Below, piece after piece: positions 1 through 15,609 of a stretch of DNA of 64,000 bases. The stretch is taken from assembly GCF_009914755.1 (NCBI RefSeq), contig NC_060930.1; one strand, written 5' to 3'. A program made the position numbers and the translations under genes. Source of the stretch: the human T2T-CHM13v2.0 reference genome, Homo sapiens. A model generated the notes under the pieces. The model was not told the origin of the DNA. It was given only the letters and a program-made list of their open reading frames with translations, and ran no database searches. Each line of letters opens with the position of its first letter. Positions within the stretch are counted from its first letter, which is position 1.

Positions 1-1094
1 AAGAGGAAAGGCTCTCTGCTTTTTAGAGTTTCCAGTTTTTCTGCTCTGTTTTTTCCCCATCTTTGTGGTTTTTTCTACTTTTGGTCTTTGATGATGGTGA
101 TGTACAGATGGGTTTTTGGTGTGGATGTCCTTTCGGTTTGTTAGTTTTCCTTCTAAGAGACAGGACCCTCAGCTGCAGGTCTGTTGGAGATTGCTAGAGG
201 TCTACTCCAGACCCTGTTTGCCTGGCTATCAGCAGCGATGGCTGCAGAACAGCAGTTTTTCATGAACTGTGAATGCTGCTGTCTGATCGTTCCTCTGGAA
301 GTTTTGTCTCAGAGTAGCACCCGGCCGTGTGAGGTGTTAGTCTGCCCCTACTGAGGGATGCCTCCCAGTTAGGCTGCTCGGGGGTCAGGGGTCAGGGACC
401 CACTTGAGGAGGCAGTCTGCCCGTCCTCAGATCTCCAGCTGCGTGCTGGGAGAACCACTGCTCTCTTCAAAGCTGTCAGACAGGGACATTTAAGTCTGCA
501 GAGGTTACTGCTGTCTGTTTGTTTGTCTGTGCCCTGCCCCCAGAGGTGGAGCCTACAGAGGCAGGCAGGCCTCCTTGAGCTGTGGTGGGCTCCACCCAGT
601 TCGAGCTTCCCAGCTGCTTTGTTTACCTAAGCAAGCCTGGGCAATGGCGGGCACCCCTCCCCCAGCCTCACTGCCACCTTGCAGTTTGATCTCAGACTGC
701 TGTGCTAGCAATCAGCGAGACTCTGTGGGCGTAGGACCCTCCGAGCCAGGTGCGGAATATAATCTCCTGATGCGCTGTTTTTTAAGCCCGTCGGAAAAGC
801 GCAGTATTCGGGTGGGAGTGACCCGATTTTCCAGGTGCTGTCTGTCACCCCTTTCTTTGACTAGGAAAGGGAACTCCCTGACCCCTTGCACTTCCTGAGT
901 GAGGCAGTGCCTCACCCTGCTTTGGCTTGCGCTCGGTGCGCTGCACCCACTGACCTGTGCCCACTGTCTGGCACTCCCTAGTGAGATGAACCCGGTACCT
1001 CAGATGGAAATGCAGAAATCACCCGTCTTCTGCATCACTCAAGCTGGGAGCTGTAGACCGGAGTTGTTCCTATTCAGCCATCTTGGCTCCTCCC
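1..1094 (-). mobile_element. L1PA (about L1PA3-5) 5'UTR and start of ORF1; element continues beyond the left edge
   Basis: The minus strand starts GGGAGGAGCCAAGATGGC at 1094. The ORF1 start (ATGGGGAAAAAACAGAGC) is at 60 on the minus strand. The ~129-bp 5'UTR segment (~190-318) missing from younger L1s is present. Confidence 0.97.
644..898 (+). CDS. ORF0: L1 ORF0-type antisense ORF, 84 aa variant
   Basis: Starts at GCAATGG and translates MAGTPPPASLPPCSLISDCCASNQRDSVGVGPSEPG..., matching L1 ORF0. The C-terminus is read in a different frame from the 71-aa form. Expression unknown. Confidence 0.55.
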   Translation: MAGTPPPASLPPCSLISDCCASNQRDSVGVGPSEPGAEYNLLMRCFLSPSEKRSIRVGVTRFSRCCLSPLSLTRKGNSLTPCTS

Positions 1095-1869
1095 TACCTG
1101 AATTATATTTTGTAAATTTTGAATAAAAATGGCAGATACACTTATATTGAATATATACTAAGAGATTCCTTTCAAAAATATAGTTACTTTTTTATAGAAA
1201 ATGATAGTAAAGTGGAAAAATTAAGGCTACGTAAATGGAGTAGAGAAAATGCTTCCTTAACAGAATAAACATTCTTCCTCATGAGAAGAAAACAATGTAC
1301 ATTTTTCTTTTCCTCACATACTATTGTCTCCATATGAATTAACACAAAATAATAACCAAAATGTTATTTGTATAAATGTCATAATGCAGTATTGATGCAT
1401 TTAATTATTTGTAGTTTGTATTCCAAGGCAGGTAGTTTCTTGACATACATATTGTACATCTAGTACCTTCATCACTATATATACATTTCATCTATCTCAA
1501 ACATGTATTCAAATGCTATATTTATTTTTGTTTTCTTCATATATATTTGTAAGGGATATTTATTTTATCAGCTTTAAAGCAACATTTTACAAAAATTTTA
1601 AAGTATAAATTGTATACATTCAGTTCATAGGTCAAAAAACCTGCAAAATTGGTATGAAAGAAATATTAATGTGTATATCAATGCTATAAAATGCTCTGTA
1701 CATTATAAGTTTTCTCATAGTGATAATTTATCATCCATTCTTCTGATACAATAATAGAAATCACAGGAAAATACGATACTGGAAAAAGAACAAGAAAGCC
1801 AACTTTAATTTATTCTTTCATTTTTCAAATATGATGAACAACTTATAGTGTGTAAGAAACTATCCTAAA

Positions 1870-1950
1870 CTATGATTTGATTGTTCTGGATGGGGCCTCT
1901 GCATCATTTTTTTTTCCAAAGCTGCAGGTAATTCTTATGGCAGCCGGTAT
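1870..1950. mobile_element. MER5-like (hAT-Charlie) fragment
   Basis: CTGGATGGGGCCTCTGCATC...TTTTCCAAAGCTGCAGGTAATTCTTATGGCAGCC resembles MER5A. Confidence 0.45.
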
Positions 1951-2059
1951 ATACTAAAGACAGATATTACACAGATAAAATGCTCCAAAGATTTTGGAGC
2001 ACAGTAGGGAAATAATCATGCAAATAAATAATTGTGTTTCAAAGTGAAATAGAGAAGGG

Positions 2060-2385
2060 TTAGGAGGAAATGAGAAGTTCCTCAAAGGATAGAAGTTTCA
2101 GTTATGCAAGGTTAATAAGTACTGGAGATCTAATGTACAACAGTGTGAGTATAGCTAACAATATTGTATTGTGTACTTGAAATTTGCTAAGAGGGTGGGT
2201 CTTAAGTGTTTCTCTCTCTCTCACACACACACATACACACACATATTCACACACACAATAGCAACTATGTGAGGTGATTGATATATTAATTAGGTTCATT
2301 GTGATAATTTCGCAATGTATACATATGTCAAAAGATTATGTTAAAGATATATAATTTTTGTCAATTATTTTTCAATAAAGATAGA
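2060..2385 (+). mobile_element. L1MA-type 3' end
   Basis: GGAGATCTAATGTACAAC...AATATTGTATTGTGTACTTGAAATTTGCTAAGAG...AACTATGTGAGGTGAT...CAATAAAG. Confidence 0.8.
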
Positions 2386-3589
2386 TTGTATATAAAAATA
2401 GAGATATAAATAGAGAAAGAAAGAATAAGATTTCTGGAGAGGATGCAGCTAAGAGTTCAGGGACTACACCAAAGAAATATATAGTTTAATAAAGGGATGA
2501 ACCAATTATGCAAATAATTAACAGTACTAAGTGGTATATGAAACATGTATAAAAGTGTTATTGCAAATTAAAAGAGGGAGAGATCACTTGGTGATCAAGG
2601 ATCCTATTGACCATATGGTAATACTAAACAAGCTGCAAGTTGTTTTGTATTTAGACCAATGTACTCCAACATGTGTGCATATACCCAAGGGAGCCATGTA
2701 GAAAATATTGACTTATATTTGCATTTATTTTTATTTACTTTATATTTAGAATGCAAGTGTGGTTTAAAAAAAATTTAGATATGCACAAACTTTGAGTAAA
2801 ACTCATCTAAACACACTACTTTATTTAAGGTTATGCCTATTTCAGGCTAAGGTCATGTAATCCTTTTTAAAATATGTTCTTTAACATGCTTCCCTGCATT
2901 GAGCATTGTCCTAAGTCTCAAACTGAATTCTCTACTTGAACTTTTGATAACTTTGTTGATGTACTTCAATGAGATATTTTTATGAGAATGGATTGGTCTC
3001 TGCACAAAGTCTTATATTCCAGTATCATTTAGTGTCATAAGGTTAAAAAAAAAAAATGTGTCCTATGAGCAGAAAATAGATGTTACGGGCTTACTCATGC
3101 ATTTTCTTCCAAGAAGAGAATTGATACATATTTGTTGTTTTCCACACTATGACACTCACATGTTAGTAATATTATTACAAATTTATATTTTTGAGTAATA
3201 ACTAGCTATAAAGAGGAAGAAGTTAAAAGAGCAAAAATAAATTAGTTTCTTCTTTTCCAATTTTAGCAGCTACCTTTTCTTCTCCTCTCCCTGCGTCTCT
3301 GCCAAAATGTTGATAATTAACTGAGTGCAGCTGAGCTCACAAGAGATTTAATGTTATTGCCACTTCTCACATCTCTTTTAGGAGCCAGTTCTAATATAAG
3401 AAACACTAGGAGTTCCTGATAGAAGTGTTATCAATCTCCAAGGCATGGGTGGCTGGGGCTTTTGATTATACTATACTTTCACCTAAAATACTCACCATTT
3501 TATCATTCATTTAACAAATTTCCAAGTTCAGAATTCCCTTTAGCATTCTGAGGCAAATACCATTCCCAAAGGCTACCTTTTCCTCCCTA

Positions 3590-4080
3590 CTAAGAGACTC
3601 CTCATTTTATGTTTAGGTAACCTTGCAGACATTCCCCAATCTTTAAGAAAGCAAGACCCTCCTACAGCCTCAGTGGGTGGTTATGATTTGTGAAAGCCAA
3701 ACATGGCATCCCCTTTGCCAGATGTTTACTGTCACAGGCTTCCTTGCTCCAAAGAGTGCCGTGTGACATGGCCAATGAGGCGGAAGAAGTCCTCTGCTAA
3801 GTTTCTGAGAAGATTTCTTTCTCTTACTATAAAAGCATGCAGCTCCTACGTTTCCTTCTTTTACAGAAAGACAGTGTGGAACTTAATGAATGCATTTCCC
3901 CAGCCATCTTGTAAACAAAAAAGAAAGAACAAGAGAATTGTGAAGATTTTTATTAAAAATCATGCTGTTTAACCAACCCTGACCTGTCTAAATAGAGTTC
4001 TTATGATAAATAATTTTATTACAGAAACTTGTCAGTTTGTCAGCTTTCTACTAAATACTGAAGAAAACAATCTTAACTAA
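3590..4080. mobile_element. old ERVL-type LTR (LTR16/LTR33-like)
   Basis: GTGACATGGCCAATGAG...AGAAGTC...TTTCTGAGAAG...CAGCCATCTTG motif order. Confidence 0.5.
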
Positions 4081-4330
4081 TATACTTTACCTAAATACAC
4101 CAATTCTCATTAATCTTATTCTCCATGCTTCTGTAACACATGTAGTTCCTACATATAATTTAGTACTAAATTTTATGGGAATTTATATTGCTTGATGTTT
4201 GTTTTTATATGTATTCTGGCCTAAATCATAATTGCCTTGAGTGTGGAAGCCCGATTTTATCTTTCCTGTGTATTTTCCCTTATGCCTTGCACAATTCTGG
4301 CTCATAAGAAGCGTAATGTATTTTAAAAGG

Positions 4331-4332
<2 letters not shown>

Positions 4333-4366
<34 letters not shown>
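4333..4366. repeat. (GT)n microsatellite, about 17 units
   Basis: Directly visible. Confidence 0.97.
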
Positions 4367-4368
<2 letters not shown>

Positions 4369-5312
4369 CAGGGGTGTGAGTGTGCACGCAGGCATGCGTG
4401 TGTTGCCTTTTTCTCGCCTTGAAACTCAAAACTCTGTCATTGCTCTCCTGGAACATGGGTCTTTGTCTATTTTATTCTTTCCTGGACTAATTTTTCTCTT
4501 TTTCTTACTTGCTCCTCCTCTTTCTAGAGTCTATTTGTAGGTACTCAAAAAGCTCCATTTTTGATGTTATTTAATTTTCTTTTCTTTTCTCTTCCTTAAA
4601 GATTGCATCCACTATGATGCTCATTTCCTTTACATAAAAATGACTGTTATATGTGACTCCCACTCTGATCTCTATCCCACATATCTACTGGTCACTGCCA
4701 ACTACCTTATGTTGGTACTACCCACTAATATACAATTATAACTTCATTCTGCATTTAGTCATTGCAAGTTAAAGTATAAGCTCTCTCCTCTGAATTTTAC
4801 AGCTCTGTGTTTGTACCAGCTGAACACACTATACATCTACTGCTTGTTTTAATAATTTATCTTCACTTAAACTTTAAGCTCCTTAAGAACAAGGATTCTA
4901 TCTTGTTAACCTTTAATTACTCTCTACCTATATATGTCTCATATATAATATGAAATCAATAAATGTTTGAATGAATATTTGCTTTCTTTATTTTAACATA
5001 GAAGTATATCCTGTTAAGAGAATTATTTTTTCTCTTTATATATTTCAGTATATTTGAGGTATCATCTTTTTTACAAATAGCTAGGGAAGATGTATTTTCA
5101 TTGATCTGCTCAGTATGCAGAAATCTTTGGACTATGTTCAAAATCCCATGCTAGTACAGTTTAATTAAGATCAACTTTAATTTTCAGCATCTTTTTAATA
5201 GAAAGAATTATATGTTGTTAAGTTTATATATTTTCATAAACTTGTATCAAAAAATACCAAATATCATTTAATCCCTGTTTATTCTGAGAGTAAACATTTC
5301 ATGAAATCCACT

Positions 5313-5855
5313 CCAAGGACTGAAAACATACATCCACACAAAAACTTGTACGTGGATGTTCATTGCAGTATTAGTCATAATGGCCAAAAAATGGAAAAAG
5401 TTCAAATGTCCAACAGCTGATGAATGAATAAACCAAATGTGGAATATATATATATACAAAATTTTTAGCCATAAAAAGAAATACAGTACTGATTCATGCT
5501 ATTGCATGGATGAACTTCAAAAGCATTATCATAAGTGAAAGAAGTCAGACACAAAAGGCCAAATATTATATGGTTCCATTTATATGATATATACGGAATA
5601 GGCAAGTGCATACAGACAAAAAGTAGTGATTGCTGGAGTCTGGGGAATGGAGGAAACACAGTGGCTACTAATGAGTACTAAATTTATTTTTTTGGACGAT
5701 TAATATGAATCATCCAAGATCTATTAAAATTCCTAATTACCTGGAGTTAGGGAGTGGTAATGATTGCTCAACTTTGGGAATATACTAAAAACCACTGAAT
5801 TGTATATATTAGAGGAGTTACTTTTATAGTATGTAAGTTATATCTCAATAAATTT
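5313..5855 (+). mobile_element. L1MB-type 3' end
   Basis: CATCCACACAAAAACTTGTAC...AAATGTCCAACAGCTGATGAATG...AAGTGAAAGAAGTCAGACACAAAAGGCC...TATCTCAATAAA. Confidence 0.85.
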
Positions 5856-6508
5856 TTTTTTGGAAAAAAACCTATGAAAACTAATGATTCTTAGCTTTTA
5901 GGATATTTGGATTCATAATATATCAGGATACTTAGATAAAGCATGGATTTAAATTAAAAAGCCCCATTTTCTCAGATATAAAAGATTTACTGAAAAATGA
6001 TAATCTATACTTTGTCAATAGTGAAATCTATTCCTATTATTCATATATTATCTCACTTGTTTATTACCTGCTACTCTGTGGGGAAGGCTGAACTATAAAT
6101 TGTACATGAGTGGCTTGTACAATAATAACTAGTATTCAATAAGTAACCAACATTTAAGTGGCATAAAAATGCTGTGGGATAATTGAAAAAGATGCTCTTC
6201 ATTTTTCTTGGGGTTAGAAAATTGGATAATGTTTATTCTTGCTATTGGAGAATGAGTAGAAGTTTACCAAGTGAGCACTTATTCCACACAGAGGAAATAA
6301 AAATACAAACGAAGTATATGAAATGCTTAGAGAATTATGAGTCATCTCTATGGCAGATCCTAGCATGTACTTTTGTGTAGGACTCAGTAAAGACTTACCA
6401 CATCCCCTTGTGTCATTCTGTGACTTCCCCATCTTCTAGCTGCATTATAAAGGAAAGATTTAGATTTCGTTTAAAGTAATCCTTAAAGACCAAAAAAGTT
6501 AAATTTTA

Positions 6509-6548
6509 ATGCATTTGTATGTTTGATATGCATTTGTATGTTTGATAT
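6509..6548. repeat. 19-bp tandem duplication
   Basis: ATGCATTTGTATGTTTGAT x2. Confidence 0.9.
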
Positions 6549-6629
6549 AAAATAAATTTTTATTCTTTATTACAGTAACGCCATTTAAATAAATGTAGTG
6601 AATTGACTGCCACTACACAAATTTGCAAT

Positions 6630-6870
6630 CATGTAAGATAGATCTAGAGATCTAATGAACAGCATGAGAACGCTAGTTAATAATATTGCATCGTGTACTG
6701 AAAAATTACTAAGAGAGTAGATTTTATGTGCTTTTATCACACACACAAAGGGAGTTATGTGAAGTGATGGATATGTTAATTTGCTTGATGGTAGTCATGA
6801 TTTTACTATGATGATGTATATCAAAGCATTGTGTTGTATATGTTAAATATATACAATAGAAAATAAAAAA
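6630..6870 (+). mobile_element. L1MA-type 3' end
   Basis: CTAGAGATCTAATG...CTAAGAGAGTAGATTTT...TATGTGAAGTGATGGATATGTTAAT...AATAAAAAA. Confidence 0.8.
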
Positions 6871-6889
6871 TTCAGGCTGTGAGTGTAAT

Positions 6890-8952
<2,063 letters not shown>

Positions 8953-10552
8953 AACATTGTGAATATGCTTTTGGCTGCTGACTTGTACACTTAAAAATGT
9001 TAAAATGATAAGTTTTATGTAATTTATTTACAATAAAAAATAAAGCTTTTACACATTACAATAAAATATGTATACTGACAAAATTAAAAAAAATTTAAAA
9101 AGGATTAAACTATAAAAATCCTAATAGAGTCAACCAAAAATATATATGAAAATTATTTTGTACTTTTTTACGTGTAAATAGTTGTTCTAAAAATTGGAAG
9201 GGAACAGTCTGATTTACAGGGTATAGAGAGTTCAGTCTTTGAATATAAGTCATTTATGTAAATACCTGAACACACCGAAAGGAAATAACTTTTGGGGAGG
9301 TGTCTTCTGCATCTAGTTAACAAATAGTCAGATTTATATAGAAGGATCCATGAGAGAAGGAGGATAAAGAAAAAGAAGGATGAAGAAAAGGAGAAAGAGG
9401 AGGGGAAAAGGAATAAATGGGGCAGATGTTCTATATAGAACTTTCCAGCTACTGTCCTTAATCAGACAACAAGCTCTAAAATACTCAGTTACATTGTGTT
9501 CTCCTAGGAATTCAGCTTGGAACATACAAAGTGAGGAGGCTACAGGCCCCTCGGGTCATCCAGGATAGAGCCAGAGTAATTGGTGCTTGCCTAAGGATAG
9601 CATCCAGACACATACTGCTCCAAATTCTAATGACTAAGTTTGAGCATTCTGCTACATTTCTTCTGATAAAATTGCTTTTCCCATGTCAAAAATTTCTTAA
9701 GTAACAGGCAAAAAGGTCAAAGGTCTTTTTTGGATTTAGTAATTTACCAATTATTCAATCTATCAATTTATTAAAAATATAACCTAAAGTTCTATAATGG
9801 CAAGGTGTTGAATGCAGAGTTTGAAACCCAAACTAAATCTCATTGTAGTTCGTTTGCTCCTTATGACATGAGATGTGCTAACACCAAGGTTATGGGTGTA
9901 GTGCAATTGAAAATTCAAAGTAAAAAAAAAAATCACTCATTTCAATCATTCTAATGTCTGATATCCTTATGCCTCCCTTTCTCTGTTTCTAGTAATCCCT
10001 TTCAAATATTTGCTGAGCAGTAAAAAGCTTATATTTCATTCTCCAGCTGTACCTACCTCTTCACTTGCATACAAATAGGACTGTTTCACTCAAACATGAT
10101 TTCCACGGATGATGTTTCTCAGAGGCTGTCTCTTCTTTAGAACTGACACATTCACAAGTGTTCAATCAGGGAAGTGAAGCGATCCAATGTTGATTGGCAT
10201 TGCACAATGACATTATGATCAGCATCAGATTAAAGCACCACATATAATGGTGATAAGCTAGTGTGATATTCATATTTTGCTACTTGGAAAAGGAATTCTT
10301 GCCCCATAACCCTAACTGGGCTTTCCTTCTCCCTTTTTTTATTAATCAGTTTCTGATCCAGAAAAAAAATGGAAGGTAGGAGAAAATTCCAAAAAGACAA
10401 AAGAAAACTCTGAGATAGTTTATGCCAAAAACTGTTCTTGCCATTTTCACATAGGTTTCCTTTTTGTTGATTAACTAAGTGGTAGTGGGCCAAACAGGAT
10501 GGGAACTAGCCATACTGTCAGACTATCAACACAAATTTCAGAGATGATGGAT

Positions 10553-10640
10553 CAGATAGATAGATAGATAGATGACAGGTAGGTAGATGGATAGATACAT
10601 ACATACATACATACATACATACATACATACATACATACAT
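10553..10640. repeat. compound (GATA)n/(CATA)n tetranucleotide STR
   Basis: Directly visible. Confidence 0.95.
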
Positions 10641-11119
10641 GATAGAATAACAGACCTATTTCCAACTTCTATGTCATCTCTAATCATGTCCCATGATCTC
10701 TTCCTTCATCAATAGCTGTAACATAAGGGCAGTGCCATCAGTGGTCTTAGCCCTAAGAGATCTACAAAATCTATTACGTTCTGTCATTCTGAAGAACTCA
10801 CCATCCTGTCCCCATCACAATGCTCTCTGTACCTTGTGTCCCTGCGTACACACTGGATAAATTATTGTCAATAGAGAGAATTGGGTGCATAGCTTACTTT
10901 GGGAGTTAATGCTTTCAAATTCTGGCTATCAGAGTTTCTCCAGCTGACAATTCACACTCAGTACCTTGCCAGAGGCATCCCATTTACAGTTAAATATAAG
11001 ACTACCTAAAGATGAAAAGAAATAAATGGCTATTAATGAATCAAATATTTGAGAAATGCATTTCATGAAAATATAGGTCATTTCATTTCAATCTTGTAAT
11101 AAGTAATCAATTTAACATA

Positions 11120-11370
11120 TAGGTAAAGGGCACCAGTTCAGCAGCCAGATTTCCTGGATTCTAATTCCTTCTCTGTCATTTTTCTAGTTATATGAATCTG
11201 TGCTGATAATCTCTTAGTGCCACAATTCCTCATCTGAAAGATGGGAATAGTAATAACATCACATCATAAGGCAGTTGTGTTGAATAAATGAGATGGTATA
11301 TGTAAAGAGCATAGAATCATTCTTAGCATGTAGTTAAGAAATACAGAAAGGGTAAATATTGTTATTATTA
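11120..11370 (+). mobile_element. MIR
   Basis: Core TTCCTCATCTGAAAGATGGGAATAGTAATA...GAATAAATGAGAT...GTAAAGAGC. Confidence 0.8.
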
Positions 11371-14300
11371 TCTTAGACTTTTCTCTTAAAATATCAAATA
11401 GTCATTGTTTGTAAAAATATTTTCGCTATCATGGCCCTTCACTCTTTTAATTTATCAAACTACAGGCTCCAAAACTTGTTATATATTTTACTTTAAGTGT
11501 TTTAGAATTTCTCTGAGCTTTCATTTTCTGGACAATAAAATGGAATCAAATTATTTAATTCAAAATGGTGAACTAAGATTATATGTTTACCTCTACATAC
11601 CTCTTTTTGCAGTTTCTAACCCACCATAATCTCCACTAAAATGATGGTAGAATAGAATATAAAAGTCTAAATAATCTTAATCAGGAAATCAGGAAAGGCA
11701 AATTTCATGAACTTTTGCAAGATATGTTAGAAATAAAACAGATGAAAGATAGTATAAACTGTTTTCTTAAAGGAACCCAATAACAGCCTTACATTTGAAA
11801 CTGGATCAAATTTCCACTTATTTTAAATGCTGCTTATATAAAATTTAAATCCTTACAATTATATAAGAAAATAATTCTATGTATATTACTACCACAGCAC
11901 TATCATATATTAAACAAACTCATAGGCTATTACTGTCATATCAAATCAACACAAATCAGAAATCTTACCTACCAAGCTTTACTAATTTTAGGAACACAAG
12001 CAATCGAATAGCTCAGAAGCAGAGAGATGCATGGACTTTGAGAGCCTCTCCCAGGCGTTTCCCTTCTGCATGGGACTGCACCTTTGGCCCAAAATAGGTA
12101 AAGTCTCTAAGTGAGCTTTGCAGGGATCCTTACACAGTAGAGAGCATTTAATTTATGTAACATCTCCATTTTATTTCCCCAGAATTGTGTAGGCTATGTG
12201 GCATTCTCCAGGGAGCCATTCCTCGCAGGCTTTGTGTTCTGTTTACTAGAGGTAATCCTTATCCGGGAACTTCTGCCATGGGCATTTCAGGAACAAGTTC
12301 TCTTCCTTCTAGCAAATATCATTAGTCTATTTACCCAGAGGTCCTACGGACAAGAAAATTAGTCCAGTTTACCTTCCTTATTTTATTTTCTCCTGGCACT
12401 TCCCTACAATAAAGCCAGTGGATTTATTTCTGTCTGGCTGCTTTAACTATTTCTTTCCTTTAATCACTTTTAATATTTCAGATTGTCTTATAAGCATATT
12501 GTTATGGAATGATCACAGATCTACAGGGTAGGAGAGTGAATATTATTATCTCTGCATTAAAATTAAAAAAATCAAAGTTCAAAGAGATTGGAGTCCGGCA
12601 TATCAAATTTCCAGAACCAACAGTGCTGTCTTTAGATTCTCAGTTTAGAGCCCATGTGTGCATAAAGGCACATAATCAGGATTGCCTCCATTTGAGAGCC
12701 CTCATATAAAATACAAGAAGGGTGCTTGAAAAGGACACTAAGGAAAGAGAATTCTCTCTTTAGAAAGAAATAAGAAATAAAAATAAAGCAACCTTTCTTC
12801 TCCCAAATAGCTTAAGAAATGGAGATCAAAACAATGAAAAATATGTATTTATTTGTATCTTATGCTTATCTCAAAAGCTCCCTTAGGCTGGGGATACACT
12901 GGTCATTATCAGCATTATCAAGTAATATTGTCCTGGAATCAGAATAAAATTATTCATTTAATTTAGATATAAAGTCATATATTTATGATGGGTTATTTCT
13001 TTATATACATTGCCAATGATAGAATGAATGGTGTATTCATGCCGTTGCCCATAGAATATTTTCACTTAAGTGAAAACACTGACAATTAGGAACACTCACT
13101 AAAGCAGGACTGTTCCACACAATGACCTGACAGATACACAGATTTATCTGAGAAGTTGTTCATAAACTTTGAGCTGCTCCCTGAAGCGAGAAGAGACAAC
13201 CACAGGATAATGATTGAAATTAAAGTTTTAAGAATGGAGATAGCATTTTTAATCGTGGCGAAATTGCCATCTCAATATTCTTAAAAGATGTTCAATATTT
13301 AAATAAGATCATTTTAAGATCTAATGAAGCATATGCAATATTTAATTGAATCATAATTTTCCTTTAGAAAACAGGGAGCCTCTCAGGTATAATGTATATT
13401 ATCGTCAATTATGTAGTAGCTCTAAAGTTAAGGTTTATCTTAACAAAACAAATTAATCTTCACAAAAGTTAATTTTAAAAGAATCATAGGTCTTTAGCTA
13501 TGCAAAACCTGAGTGGAGCTGCCCATGCAGCTCTGTCCTGTTAATGCAAAGTTAGAAACAGTATTTGAGTATGGAAATTGTGTCTTGATAGATGACGCAC
13601 ATGAGTAATTTACATTGGTGCAATGTTGAAAAGACCCTTAGATTCTGGTAACTCTTTTCTCCTGTAACTACAAATAGTTTTCAAAATTTATTTTATGTTG
13701 TAGAAACTAATTATAAATAGCTAATTTTAATAACAAATACTTAAAAATACCTGTTAAATTAAAACACAAACAATTCATAATTTATTCATTTTAATAAACC
13801 TTAATTGATTGCCTAGTATGCAATTTTTTATGTGCCACATAAAAAATATCATGGCATCAAGTGAACGTAACATACATATTTAATAATGTGTCATTGTTAT
13901 AGTCTTTGTCTTTCAAGATAAATTACTTAAACAAATCTTCAGTTTTGATCATTTTTTTCCTGAACTCAATGATTTGAAACTTTTTGTTGCTTCAGGTGAA
14001 GCACATCCTACTAATAATTTTCTTCTCCAAAACTAGTTTTCTAAATAAATTCATAGTTAAATTTTAAAGTATATGAATATGGAAGTAAAGAGAGGCTGCT
14101 ATAGTAGGCTTTAAGAAGGATTATGAAGGATTAGGTGGCTGAAAAGCCCTGTTGATGGAGAATTGAGAATTTATGGGTTGTCTGCCCAGGCCTTCTTTGC
14201 TTTTAATTTCCCACTCCCTTAGAGTTGTGCTACTGACAGCCACTCATGTACTATGTAATGCTCCTTTCCCAGATATTGATGATTAAGTCCATCAAATTTA

Positions 14301-15228
14301 GAACAGGGATTCAGAACACATAGTTAGTCTTTGCATGTGGTCAGAAATTTAACACATATCCTGGGTAGAAATAGGGCAGCTATGCACCACTGTGAGGATG
14401 GAAAAGCAGAGTAGAAATCTGGTGTGTTGAAGAGCAAACAGGAAGGAAGCAGGTGGATGGGAAGAGGAGAAAAATATCTGCATCCATGTCCCTAATTGCT
14501 TTCCAGCTTCTCTCACCATCTTACCCTGGACTTGGGAATATTCCTGTCCTTGGATTATAGGGTTCCGTAATATAACCTTGTAGCATTATCATAATATCCC
14601 TCACCTGTTGTCCTCTCAAGCCACACTGAGTTGTTTTTCTTAAATAAACCTGCTAAGATTTAAATAATATAAGGCATTCTGGGGAAAATAGGAATGGGCA
14701 ATAAAGTAAAATTTCTATATCCACTTTTTATAAATTTTTATATCCACTAAAATCATGAAGAAAAATAGTGAACTAAGTTAACAACAGTCATATTTTGCTT
14801 AAATTATTGACTCTTGCCTCTCTTATATACTATATCCTAGTACCCTCTGAAAGGTAAAACTCTCCACTGCAGATTCTACCATGTCTTCAGATGTCAAAGC
14901 ACTTAGCTATTAGGAGCAGGGAGTTTCACGTAGTATTTGTCTTTCTTCTTCCCCAGTGTTCAGATGGTTGCTGGTAAGTAACTTTATCCCAGGACTCCTG
15001 CTGTGAGTCATTCTTCTGTACATCCATATTTCTCATCAGCTTTTCCTCAAAGCTCTATTAAAAAAATTATTACTCAAGACTCATGATATTTCCTTTTTAT
15101 ATTCTCAGTACCCAATTTCTTCTCCATCTAAGCCATTTCAAGAGACACATCTCTCTGTTTTTACTTGAAACCAAATGCTCCTACTTATAAATATTGTATA
15201 TAGAATAAACCTGTTTATCCCACATAAC

Positions 15229-15265
15229 CTCAAAGAGGAGCAATCTCAAAGAGGAGCAATCTCAA
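15229..15265. repeat. 16-bp tandem duplication
   Basis: CTCAAAGAGGAGCAAT x2 plus CTCAA. Confidence 0.9.
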
Positions 15266-15609
15266 GGAGATCTGGCTTTGGCAGAGAGGTTAATGTATTT
15301 TCAAGCAATTATTTTATTGTTTGGCAGCATTTATAGTTAATAATATAATCATCACAGATTTGTGTGATCTCTACAGTGTACAATTCTTTCTGTTATCAGA
15401 AATAATATATAATTATATTTAAATTCTCTTTAAGAATTTTTATGAGATTTTCTAGTAGCCCCAATTTTTTCAGTTGGTTGTAAAAATGACATCTTTGAAA
15501 ATATTTAGCAATAGTATGGAATAACATAATCGTATAATCAAATGTTTGAATCAGAATTTACCATTAATGACTATTAATTTGTGAATAATCTTTTTGCTGT
15601 GAATGACAG

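Noticed and set aside
9872-9900. tRNA-like string GTGCTAACACCAAGGTTATGGGT
   Set aside because: Too short, with no cloverleaf and no intact B box. At most an ancient tRNA-derived SINE remnant.
13059-13076. Perfect 18-bp palindrome TTTTCACTTAAGTGAAAA
   Set aside because: About one such palindrome is plausible by chance in 64 kb of AT-rich DNA, and there is no supporting structure.
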